Origin: an uncultured virus (IMG/VR IMGVR_UViG_3300029305_000620)
Lineage: Duplodnaviria; Heunggongvirae; Uroviricota; Caudoviricetes
Length of the DNA: 36,813 bases
Direction: 5' to 3' (one strand)
Virus record (IMG/VR): IMGVR_UViG_3300029305_000620
The position numbers and the translations under genes were made by a program. Positions 26,248-34,195 of this stretch are shown here, piece after piece (the stretch's first letter is position 1; each line of letters begins with the position of its first letter). The notes under the pieces are model-generated. The model searched no databases and was not told where the DNA came from. It saw only the letters and a list, made by a program, of their open reading frames with translations.

Positions 26248-27321
26248 TTACTCGCTGACGACCTGCAGCGCGTAGCACTCGTCAAGGCGCTCGAAGGAAG
26301 GCAGCACGATCTCGGAAACGGTGGTCTTGGTGTTGACGGGATCGCTGGTGATGGTCACAGCGACGGCAACGCCGGTATTGACGATGGAGACGTTGGCCTC
26401 GCCGGAACCGGCCAGGGTGCGCTCCTCGGGAGTGGTGCCGTACCAGGTCTTGCCGACGGAACCGTTGGGCAGCATCATGACGATGTTGTCGGGGTAGAAG
26501 GCCTTGGTGTTGCCAGCCTCATCCTTGAACTTCTTGGTGTAGATGACGATGCGGATGTTCAGAGCGTCCTGCACGAAGTTCTGCACCAGCTTGTCGGTGT
26601 AGAAGACGTTGGCGGTCACGTTCTGGGCCAGCACGCCGGACTGGACACGCTTGGAGTCCTTGATCAGCTTGAAGGTGGCCTTGGACATCAGCAGCACTTC
26701 GGGGCGGTTGCCGGAAGCAGCTTCCTGAGCATCCAGGGCGGCCTCGATGTCAGCCAGGGGATCGCAGGTTTCGGGAGCGTTCCACATATCCTCGGCAGTC
26801 TCGATCTTCATGAAGTGCTCGGCCTTCCAGGTGCCTTCGGGGTCGTAGTTGTAGGTGTAGTTCACACCGTTGGCAGCGATGTTGATGCCGACATTGCCCT
26901 CCAGGGGAGCCAGCAGCTGCATGCGCATGCGCTCGGGCACGACGTTCGCGCCGTCCACCAGGGTGCGGGTGTCGTCGAAGATGTTGTCCAGGATGGAAGC
27001 GGCGTAGGGATCGTTGGAATCCTTGACGCGCATGATCTCCTGCTCATCCTTCTCCTTCACGAGCATGGACTCGCGGAAGAAGGGCATCTCGGTCTCGTTG
27101 TAGGCGATGCCAACGCGGTCACGGAAGGTGGACTTGGCATCGAAGGCAGAAGGCATCAGGGAGACGGCCAGACCACGGTGGCCCTTGAACCACTTCAGGT
27201 CAAGACCGGCCTTTTTCTGAGAGGGGAAGAAGCCGCCGCCCAGATAATCCTGCTTGTTGCTCGCGGCCTCAGTCCAGTTGGCCGCAATCGCTTTCGCGGT
27301 AAAAATATCAGTGAGATTCAT
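26248..27321 (-). CDS. Major capsid protein (phage cap E-like)
   Basis: 357 aa; MPFFRES, ERMRMQLL, GKTWYGTTPEE, VSEIVLPSFE motifs. Confidence 0.9.
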   Translation of the reverse strand: MNLTDIFTAKAIAANWTEAASNKQDYLGGGFFPSQKKAGLDLKWFKGHRGLAVSLMPSAFDAKSTFRDRVGIAYNETEMPFFRESMLVKEKDEQEIMRVKDSNDPYAASILDNIFDDTRTLVDGANVVPERMRMQLLAPLEGNVGINIAANGVNYTYNYDPEGTWKAEHFMKIETAEDMWNAPETCDPLADIEAALDAQEAASGNRPEVLLMSKATFKLIKDSKRVQSGVLAQNVTANVFYTDKLVQNFVQDALNIRIVIYTKKFKDEAGNTKAFYPDNIVMMLPNGSVGKTWYGTTPEERTLAGSGEANVSIVNTGVAVAVTITSDPVNTKTTVSEIVLPSFERLDECYALQVVSE

Positions 27322-27324
27322 AAT

Positions 27325-27717
27325 TTAGTTTCCTCCTTCTTCGCCGTTCGATTCTTCTTCGCCGTTCGATTCTTCTTCGTCGTTCGATTCTTCTTCGTCG
27401 TTCGATTCAATTACAACGAGCGGCATAAAAACAACGCCTTTAAGTGCTGTAACAGCGTCAGAATCGGGTTCCACAGGCAGCTTAGCCTTCTTGATAAAGC
27501 CATGAATGACGACGGTGCCGTTGGGGTTGTCTTCCTTCACGACATCGGTCAGCAGCACGCCGATGGCGGTCGCGTCGTTCTTGGGCACAATGGTGCCAGC
27601 AGGGATGATGCCCTTATCGTTCGCCTCGATGGCGGAGCAGTCATAGGGCATGGCGACATAGTGGTCGTTGTGCAGGATTTCCACCTTGGGAGTCACTGCA
27701 TGAGTGCGATATTTCAT
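27325..27717 (-). CDS. Head decoration protein
   Basis: IIPAGT.VP.ND..AIGVL..DV...G.VVIHG.I...KLP; between scaffold and MCP. Confidence 0.8.
   Translation of the reverse strand: MKYRTHAVTPKVEILHNDHYVAMPYDCSAIEANDKGIIPAGTIVPKNDATAIGVLLTDVVKEDNPNGTVVIHGFIKKAKLPVEPDSDAVTALKGVVFMPLVVIESNDEEESNDEEESNGEEESNGEEGGN
27337..27408. repeat. 4 x 18-bp tandem repeat encoding ESN(D/G)EE
   Basis: TTCTTCGYCGTTCGATTC x4. Confidence 0.9.
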
Positions 27718-27719
27718 GA

Positions 27720-28355
27720 TTACTTACCTCCAAGTCCGTAAGAGTCGAGAATAGACCGAGACTTCTGATTGACCGCCGCAGCATTCTTGCCGCTGCGGGT
27801 AGCGTAGTCGTTCTCGCCGCCAGCGTTGGCAGCGGTATCGGTACTCACGCCAGGGGTGCGGCCTGCGTCCTTGAAACGAGCATCGACCTGAATCTTGACC
27901 AGGCGCTCAACATGGTTTTTGATGGCGGTGACGTTCTTCTTGATGCCTTCCTCGTCCTCGGCCATGACGAGGTTGACAAGCTCAGTAGTAGCGTTACTGC
28001 CGTCATCAAGCCCGGCTTCCCTGATCGCGTTCATAGCGATCCACCGGTTCTCCTTTTCGGTCAGCTCCTTGTCGCGGTCAGCGATGGCCTTTTCCCTCTC
28101 TTTCAGGGCCAAGTCCTTGAGCTCATCGTCGGAGAGCTTTTCCTTCTGCAGGGCCTCGAGCTGCTTGCGGAGCTGCTTGTTCTCGTTGCCCAGCTTGTTG
28201 GTGGCGCGGTCAACAGCGCTCTGGATCAGGGATTCGAGCTTGCTGTTGTCGCCCGCGGGCTGCTGCGCTGCTGCAGGATTGCTTGCCGCCGGGGTGGTCG
28301 GCTGCTCTGCCGCGGGAGCGGTTGCCGGGGTAGTGGTCGTTGCTTCGTCTGCCAT
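27720..28355 (-). CDS. Capsid scaffolding protein (DUF4355-like)
   Basis: RBS AAGGAGG, low-complexity N-terminus, coiled coil, GRTP motif; upstream of decoration/MCP. Confidence 0.8.
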   Translation of the reverse strand: MADEATTTTPATAPAAEQPTTPAASNPAAAQQPAGDNSKLESLIQSAVDRATNKLGNENKQLRKQLEALQKEKLSDDELKDLALKEREKAIADRDKELTEKENRWIAMNAIREAGLDDGSNATTELVNLVMAEDEEGIKKNVTAIKNHVERLVKIQVDARFKDAGRTPGVSTDTAANAGGENDYATRSGKNAAAVNQKSRSILDSYGLGGK

Positions 28356-28576
28356 AGGGGATTCCTCCTTGTTTTGAGTTCCTGTGGTTGACACAGGCCC
28401 ACATATTTATGAGTACACACCATCGCGCCCACGGAACGAGTTCGCGGTGATGAGTCCACCTGTTTGAATGCCCTGCCTGAGTTCCACAGGAGCCGCCGGA
28501 GCGGAGCCGCTTCTTATGGGCTGCGGCTTGTCTGAAAGGAGGCGCAATGAAGAATCCACGGGTGTCCAGTCCGTGG

Positions 28577-28638
28577 TGGTGGGGAGTACAGGACACGACC
28601 TGCGACGTTGCCGTTGTTCCCGGCCTCATTCTCTCCCC
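28577..28638 (-). ncRNA. tRNA-like element lacking a D arm, ending in ACCA
   Basis: GGGGAG/CTCCCC acceptor-like stem + ACCA; GCCG-7nt-CGGC arm; GCAGG-TCGTGT-CCTGT T-like arm; directly abuts tRNA-Lys CCA. Confidence 0.5.
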
Positions 28639-28713
28639 TGGTGCGGTTGGTGGGATTCGAACCCACGGCCCACGGATTAAAAGTCCGTTGCGCTACCACT
28701 GCGCTACAGCCGC
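28639..28713 (-). tRNA. tRNA-Lys (anticodon UUU)
   Basis: Cloverleaf GCGGCTG..., D arm GCGC/GCGC, ACGGA-CTTTTAA-TCCGT, GGTTCGAATCC, encoded CCA; one C.A mismatch in acceptor stem. Confidence 0.92.
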
Positions 28714-28795
28714 ATAGGAAAAGGCACCATTTGCGTGAGGCCACGAAAATGATGCCTTGATGTTGTGTTTTATTCGCGATTGCGAACAATATCGC

Positions 28796-29203
28796 TTATT
28801 CCACGATGGCCCACCCTGCCGGATACTGCTCCGGCGTGTAGACGTTCGCGTCAAGCAGGGACTTGTACAGCATATCCTGCCACCAGCCGCACTCGTCCTT
28901 CGCAAAGGCCGTGCCAGCCGTGATGACCTCCGGGATGATGCGGTAGCCGCCCTTGTAGGCGATGTCCTCCCACAGACCGGGTGTGTGGTTGGGGTCGTTC
29001 TGTTCCGTGTCCCACAGGTCGGAGGCGGCGCGTTTGATAACGCCGTTCCAGTTGATGCGCGTGCCAGCGCGGACGAGGGAGCCGTCCTGCTTGAGGGCCG
29101 GGAACAGCTCTGCCGCGTTGCTGGCATCCTTGTCGTCAAGGGAGGCCGATGCCTGTACGATGTAGGGGCGCAGCTTCCGCGCCTTTGCAATGTAATCGTT
29201 CAT
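28796..29203 (-). CDS. Tail-associated protein, distant paralogue of 10778-11218
   Basis: C-terminus LYKSLLDANVYTPEQYPAGW resembles LYRSLIDGNTWAPDAYPAGW. Confidence 0.8.
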   Translation of the reverse strand: MNDYIAKARKLRPYIVQASASLDDKDASNAAELFPALKQDGSLVRAGTRINWNGVIKRAASDLWDTEQNDPNHTPGLWEDIAYKGGYRIIPEVITAGTAFAKDECGWWQDMLYKSLLDANVYTPEQYPAGWAIVE

Positions 29204-29206
29204 GCG

Positions 29207-29437
29207 TTACTCCTCCTCGCCAACAAGGATGTCGTATGCCTTGGCCTTCGCTTCGACCTCGGACAGGTCGGTGACTTCCTCCGGCATGACCTCGCCCTCG
29301 GTGTAGACCCTGCCGGAATCCAACGGGTCGATGGCCTCGGAGTAGGAAACGCCGTCACGCACCACGAAACGGTTGGAGTCGCTGTAGGTGCGGATGAAGT
29401 CACGGTTTCGGATGGTTACTCGCTCGGTGATAATCAT
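29207..29437 (-). CDS. Small tail-module hypothetical protein
   Basis: RTYSD...G..Y.EAIDP....R.YTE pattern; RBS AGGAGG. Confidence 0.8.
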   Translation of the reverse strand: MIITERVTIRNRDFIRTYSDSNRFVVRDGVSYSEAIDPLDSGRVYTEGEVMPEEVTDLSEVEAKAKAYDILVGEEE

Positions 29438-29449
29438 GGTCGCACCTCC

Positions 29450-30559
29450 TTAATATGCCTTGATGTAGTCAGCGTAGGTTGCCCAGTTGGTCGCCGCAAT
29501 CCACTCGTCGTAGAGGGCCGCAGGGACACGGATTTCGCAGTCGGCGGGGATGCCGGTGAATGCGTTTGTATTTGCCAGCGACGGTACTGCTGTGTGAGCT
29601 GTGAAATCGTAGAAAGCAACGCCATTGCAACCGTAGAAAGACCTCGCTTCGATAGAGATGACTTGCGCTGGGACGATCACGGATGCAAAACTGGAGCAGG
29701 AAGAGAAAACTGAGTTTCGATATGATGTAACGCCTCTCTCTGGATAAGACACGAAAGACAAGCCGTAACAATTTGCAAACTGGTTCGACATAGTTGCCAT
29801 TACAGTTTCTCCGGTCGGAACTGTAATATATTTCAGCCCAGTGCATCCGTAGAAAGTATATGCTCCTTGCAAAACAACATTGGCGGGGATCGATACGGAT
29901 GCGAGGCTGATACAGCTATGGAAAGCAACGCCTTCAAGTTGAACATTTGCGCCTATTTCAGCTTTACGGACTGCATAAAGGTAATTTTTATTGCGGTTGT
30001 CCGAACTTTCTGAGTGCCGCAAAACACAGGAACCACCTGTGCCTGTCATACCAAGAAGTCCCATCTCGCCATCCACCGTCAACCGGATAACGTAATCACC
30101 CGGCGCGGCGTATGCATGTTCCGGTGTCCACTTGGTCGTGCTTATATCCGTACCCGTCAGCACATTCGGCTCCGTCCCATCGCCCCAGTCCACCGTTACC
30201 GTGCCATTCACACCCACGCCCAGCATGGGGCTGGTGCGGCCTTCCTGCAAGGTGATATACAGGCGGGTCGTGCCGTCATCGGTGGTGTACATCGCACCGA
30301 TATTCATGGCGCGGGTCAGGCCCTTCACGCCCTCCAGCGACCAGTTCCAGCCCTGAAACACAAGCCCGGGATGCTCCGGGCCAGCAGGGAGTTCGGACAG
30401 GGCTTGCGCTTCTGCTACCGTGTAGGCATGAACGCAAGTGCCGTCGTAGTCGTAGAAGTTGACCTCCTTGGGACTGACACCAGCAGACCCGCCGCCCGAG
30501 CCGGAGGAGCCCCCGCCACTACCGAACAGCGTTGCCATGATCAAGTCTTTTCCGACCAT
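29450..30559 (-). CDS. BspA-type leucine-rich repeat protein (candidate receptor-binding protein)
   Basis: AFHSCISLASVSIP, TFYGCTGLKYITVP, FANCYGL repeats; VNFYDYDGT N-domain; VTVDWGDG; ATNWATYA end. Confidence 0.8.
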   Translation of the reverse strand: MVGKDLIMATLFGSGGGSSGSGGGSAGVSPKEVNFYDYDGTCVHAYTVAEAQALSELPAGPEHPGLVFQGWNWSLEGVKGLTRAMNIGAMYTTDDGTTRLYITLQEGRTSPMLGVGVNGTVTVDWGDGTEPNVLTGTDISTTKWTPEHAYAAPGDYVIRLTVDGEMGLLGMTGTGGSCVLRHSESSDNRNKNYLYAVRKAEIGANVQLEGVAFHSCISLASVSIPANVVLQGAYTFYGCTGLKYITVPTGETVMATMSNQFANCYGLSFVSYPERGVTSYRNSVFSSCSSFASVIVPAQVISIEARSFYGCNGVAFYDFTAHTAVPSLANTNAFTGIPADCEIRVPAALYDEWIAATNWATYADYIKAY

Positions 30560-30563
30560 CTCA

Positions 30564-30809
30564 TCACCCCCTGAACTTCGTCCACACGCCCGACGGACTC
30601 AGCATGTACCCCACGCTCAGGTCGGCGGTGTAGGCGACGCTTCCCCGCGCCGGGATAACCGTCATATCAGCCACGTCCGTCACCGGCTGACCATACGCGG
30701 GGAGGCCGGTGATATCCGCCTCCGTGTCCGCCGTGATCTCCACCTTCTGGTGGATGGTGCTGTTGCCGATCAGGCCCGTGCCGGTCATGCTTTCAATCTT
30801 TATCGCCAT
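30564..30809 (-). CDS. Hypothetical protein
   Basis: RBS AAAGGAG; ADTEADI..LP...GSVAY..D...YML...G.W pattern. Confidence 0.75.
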   Translation of the reverse strand: MAIKIESMTGTGLIGNSTIHQKVEITADTEADITGLPAYGQPVTDVADMTVIPARGSVAYTADLSVGYMLSPSGVWTKFRG

Positions 30810-30825
30810 GTGATTTCTCCTTTCG

Positions 30826-31329
30826 TTATGTCGCAAATCCACTAACGTTCATCGTTCCATCCTGATTGAAGTTGCCAACAATGTCAAGGCCAGGCACCCG
30901 CTGGAACAGTGTCAACGAATCGTCAGTACACATAACTGCAGGGATGTGCCACTTTTCGCCCTCTCCCATAAGGTTTTCTGCGACAAGCATGACTTGCTGC
31001 CCCGTCCGGAACGCAGTTGTTGTTTCCTTGAAGGTTTTATCGAGCTTGGCAGTGCAGGCAAAGGTCAGCCCTTCTCCGGGGGATTGAGCAGTTACTTCTG
31101 TTGCGTTTACAATGAAATTGCCTCCACCCTGCGCCGGCACTTTGTTCTTGTCCTCCTCCAGCGCGATGAACTTCTTCAGCAGTTCCGCAACGGGTTCCGG
31201 CACGGAAGTAGGGATGCCGATAGGGAAGTCCACCGTCACGCCGTTAATGGTGACGGAGCCGGCGTATACCCAGCCGTTGATGCCCACAGGTACGGTGATT
31301 TCTTCCATCTTGTTCCAGTCGTAAGTCAT
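30826..31329 (-). CDS. Hypothetical protein
   Basis: ORF track; INGV...P.G....VPEPVAELL N-terminal motif. Confidence 0.75.
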   Translation of the reverse strand: MTYDWNKMEEITVPVGINGWVYAGSVTINGVTVDFPIGIPTSVPEPVAELLKKFIALEEDKNKVPAQGGGNFIVNATEVTAQSPGEGLTFACTAKLDKTFKETTTAFRTGQQVMLVAENLMGEGEKWHIPAVMCTDDSLTLFQRVPGLDIVGNFNQDGTMNVSGFAT

Positions 31330-31333
31330 GGTG

Positions 31334-31438
31334 TTATTCTCCCTTCTTGTCCTTGGCTGCGGAAGCCATCGCCCCCAGCAGAAGCCCGAAGGCCGCTGCC
31401 AGGGGGATGATCCACGCCAGATGAATAGCGTTTATCAC
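31334..31438 (-). CDS. 34-aa hydrophobic peptide
   Basis: GTGA overlap with upstream stop; INAIHLAWIIPLAAAFGLLLGAMASAAK. Confidence 0.55.
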   Translation of the reverse strand: MINAIHLAWIIPLAAAFGLLLGAMASAAKDKKGE

Positions 31439-34023
31439 AGGTTGATCTCCTCGTTGACCGTGATGATCGAGTCGCCACGGATATTCTTCGCAACGATCCT
31501 GACAAACGCCGTGCTCCTGTAGTACGAGTTGTTGGGGATCGTCAGCTGCACAATGTCGCCGTTGCTGTTGTACAGTGCGTTCCACAGGCTTCCCGGCGCT
31601 TGACCGTAGACGAACACGGGAGACTGCCCGATGTACTGCTTGTTTGCATCGTAGCAGAAGAATGCGCTGCGCTTATAGGTCCCTCCGGCGTTACCGGTGT
31701 CAAGAAACTCCATGTTTGCAAAGCGGATCACATCGCCCTGCACAGCCGCGATGAAACCTGTCGAGTCCCATCCGCCGGACAGGATGTCTGCGCCATTTGC
31801 CACAGGGCGGTAATTGTTGATGTACCCGTTCCCGTCGTTGAACACATTTCCGGATGCGTCCGTCGCAGTGTCCAGCATGTTGGTAAAATCGCCCGTCGGC
31901 GCGGTGTACTCGTAGTCGTTTTCCTTCGGCTCCGCATTCTTGGTGATAACGGTGTCGCGGGTGATGTCGTTCGCGCCGAATCGTACATACGCCGTCCCGT
32001 TGTAGTAGGAGTCCAGCGGGATTGTCAGGCTGACAATATCTCCGGCTTCGTTATACACCGGCGACCAGGCAGTGCTCGGCAGGTTGCTCTCAGGGAAGTA
32101 CGGTCCTCCGACAACCTTGAATTCCCTGTCTGCATCGTAGCAGTAAACATAGGTCCTGTTCGCGTCCACAGTGGCAACGCTTCCGTCCATGAACAGCATG
32201 TTCTTGAAATGGAATGTGTCACCCTGTACGGCCGGTATGTATCCGGTGATGTCCCACCCCGGCGCAGCTTCATCCTGCGCCTTGGACTGGCTGTATCTCG
32301 TATCGTCCTTGAAGCCCCAGCCGTTGTTGAACGGCGTCACGCCGTCATCTTCGGTAGCGATGCCCAGCATGTTGTCCGGGCCGTACACCGGCGGGGGTTC
32401 AACGGTTTCTTCCTCCTGCTCCGGGTCCTTCTCCACGCCTCCGGAGCCGTCAAGATACACCGTGCGGCTGTTCCCGCGGCCGAAGCGGATCACATGCACA
32501 ACGCCTGCTGCATAGTCTGCAACAATGGCATTGACAGAGGATTCCGTGATGGTTCCCTGCGTAGCGGTCGCGCCATTTCTCAGGCTGTAGTAGCTTTCGC
32601 ACGTCACCAGAATCACCGGCACGCCGCCTGGGCTTGTGTAGTCTGCGTCCCAGTGCAGGTGTCCTCCGATGCAGAATTCCACTCGGCCTGTGCAGGATGC
32701 GTACTCTCCAGTCCGGGCATTGTACGCATCGATCTGGTCGAACACTATCCCGGCATTCCCGGAGTATGTGTCCTTTGCCTCGTAGCTTTCGTCATCGTTG
32801 TGCTTGTAGTCCCACCACAGATGACCTATGATGACGATGTGCCATCCGTCGGGTGTAGCCTTCAGGGTGTTCTTGAACCACGTCTGCTGTGCGGTGCTGT
32901 CCAGGATCCATGCGCGGGTCGCCGTATCCACAAAGATGTAGCGTGTCTTTTCCGCTGTGGAGTCGATGTGATAGTACAGGTCCGCGCCAGTCACGACTTC
33001 GCTTGTTTTCTCAGGTGCCAGCAGGAAGTCGTATGTATCTTCGATCGTCCATGCATCATTGTCGATGCTGTCATCGTGGTTTCCGGCGGCGCTGTGATGG
33101 CTTGTCAGCCTGGACACCTGGGTGCGCCAGTCCACCAGATAGCTCCGGTCCGTTTCGTTCTCGATGATGTCACCGCCGAAGAACGTTTTCTTGATGTCCG
33201 TCCTGTCTTCGATGTATTTCAGCAGCGTCGGTGCCATCTTGTAGCTGCCTGTCCAGTGCGCATCGGTGTAAAACAGGAATGCGCTCCGGTCCATCGCAGC
33301 GGTTGTCATGGCAGCGTTCGCATCGACGATTCCTGCGTCCATATGGTCCTTCCAGTAGTCCGGCACGGAAGATGTAGGATCGCTCGGTGTATCTGTTCCG
33401 ATTCCGCCAGTCGGGATGTTGACATACACCGTCTTGCTGCCGTCGTACATTTCCTCCACCGCGCCTGTGAAAATGAGCGGCTGCATCGTTGCGGATGGCG
33501 TTGCCGCAATGCCGCTGTCCGCATATGCACCGGTTTCCATATCCCAGATCCACCAGTTACCGTTGCTCCCGATGTAGGGGAGCCGCTGGCTCACGGCATC
33601 CTCGGCGCGTTTCGCCGCCTCCAAAACCTGGTTCACCCACTTCTGCGCCGGATCGTCTTCTTCCAGCAGAATGCTGTTGAATTCCTCCAGGCTCCTTGCA
33701 ACGATGGTCTCTACCACTCGGGATTTGTACTCCTGCATGGTGTCGGTGTTGTACAGGGTGATCTGCGCAAGGCCTTTGCCCGCGTACTTCACCTCGCCAT
33801 GTCCCACCGTCCATGTCAGGATGCCTTTTTCCTTCGTGTACGACACAAAGTACTTGTACCTGTCCTGCGGTCGAACCATCTGAATGACGATCATTGCGCC
33901 CGGAAACTGCTCCAGCCATTCTCTCACGTCTATTCGGATCTTCCTCGTTCCGCCTTCGCCTGCGTAGCCAAGCATCAGGCGCGTCAGTTTCCCGATGGCT
34001 GTCACGCCGTATTCAAAGCCCAT
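31435..34023 (-). CDS. Virion-type protein with calcineurin-like metallophosphoesterase domain and two C-terminal repeats
   Basis: TDAH, GGDI, GNHD, GHL, GHLH metal-binding motifs; BppU-like N-terminus; PYIGSNGNWW motif. Confidence 0.8.
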   Translation of the reverse strand: MGFEYGVTAIGKLTRLMLGYAGEGGTRKIRIDVREWLEQFPGAMIVIQMVRPQDRYKYFVSYTKEKGILTWTVGHGEVKYAGKGLAQITLYNTDTMQEYKSRVVETIVARSLEEFNSILLEEDDPAQKWVNQVLEAAKRAEDAVSQRLPYIGSNGNWWIWDMETGAYADSGIAATPSATMQPLIFTGAVEEMYDGSKTVYVNIPTGGIGTDTPSDPTSSVPDYWKDHMDAGIVDANAAMTTAAMDRSAFLFYTDAHWTGSYKMAPTLLKYIEDRTDIKKTFFGGDIIENETDRSYLVDWRTQVSRLTSHHSAAGNHDDSIDNDAWTIEDTYDFLLAPEKTSEVVTGADLYYHIDSTAEKTRYIFVDTATRAWILDSTAQQTWFKNTLKATPDGWHIVIIGHLWWDYKHNDDESYEAKDTYSGNAGIVFDQIDAYNARTGEYASCTGRVEFCIGGHLHWDADYTSPGGVPVILVTCESYYSLRNGATATQGTITESSVNAIVADYAAGVVHVIRFGRGNSRTVYLDGSGGVEKDPEQEEETVEPPPVYGPDNMLGIATEDDGVTPFNNGWGFKDDTRYSQSKAQDEAAPGWDITGYIPAVQGDTFHFKNMLFMDGSVATVDANRTYVYCYDADREFKVVGGPYFPESNLPSTAWSPVYNEAGDIVSLTIPLDSYYNGTAYVRFGANDITRDTVITKNAEPKENDYEYTAPTGDFTNMLDTATDASGNVFNDGNGYINNYRPVANGADILSGGWDSTGFIAAVQGDVIRFANMEFLDTGNAGGTYKRSAFFCYDANKQYIGQSPVFVYGQAPGSLWNALYNSNGDIVQLTIPNNSYYRSTAFVRIVAKNIRGDSIITVNEEINL

Positions 34024-34055
34024 AGGCTTCCCTCCTTTCTATCCGCCTCCACCAT

Positions 34056-34093
34056 AACAAAACAGGGCAGGGAAAGAGAGTCTTTCCCCGCCC
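34056..34093 (-). terminator. Intrinsic terminator
   Basis: GGGCGGGGAAAGA-CTC-TCTTTCCCTGCCC then TGTTTTGTT on minus strand. Confidence 0.65.
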
Positions 34094-34195
34094 GTTGGTA
34101 TTACTTTTTTTCAAACCACTTCTGTTCCGGCCATCACAGCCTCTGGCTGCGCTGGCTACACTTGCCTATTGCGAGCAATAGGCTGCGTTAGTGGT

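Noticed and set aside
28556..28576. Third copy of the CCACGG...CCGTGG operator
   Set aside because: Arms are separated by 9 bp rather than 3 and not in a promoter; more likely an RNA hairpin
28500..28638. HDV-like (theta) ribozyme downstream of the tRNA
   Set aside because: Could not fit the P1.1/P2/J4-2 elements; a tRNA-like fold ending in ACCA fits better
28639..28713. tRNA as integration site explaining the mosaic junction
   Set aside because: No duplicated tRNA 3' end or tyrosine integrase in window; the foreign-looking block lies 5' of the tRNA
18749..34191. Long plus-strand ORFs (e.g. 19938-21416, 20594-22123, 23223-24788, 26203-27741, 31600-34191)
   Set aside because: Antisense shadows of recognisable minus-strand structural genes, expected from GC-rich codon bias; no RBS or protein motifs
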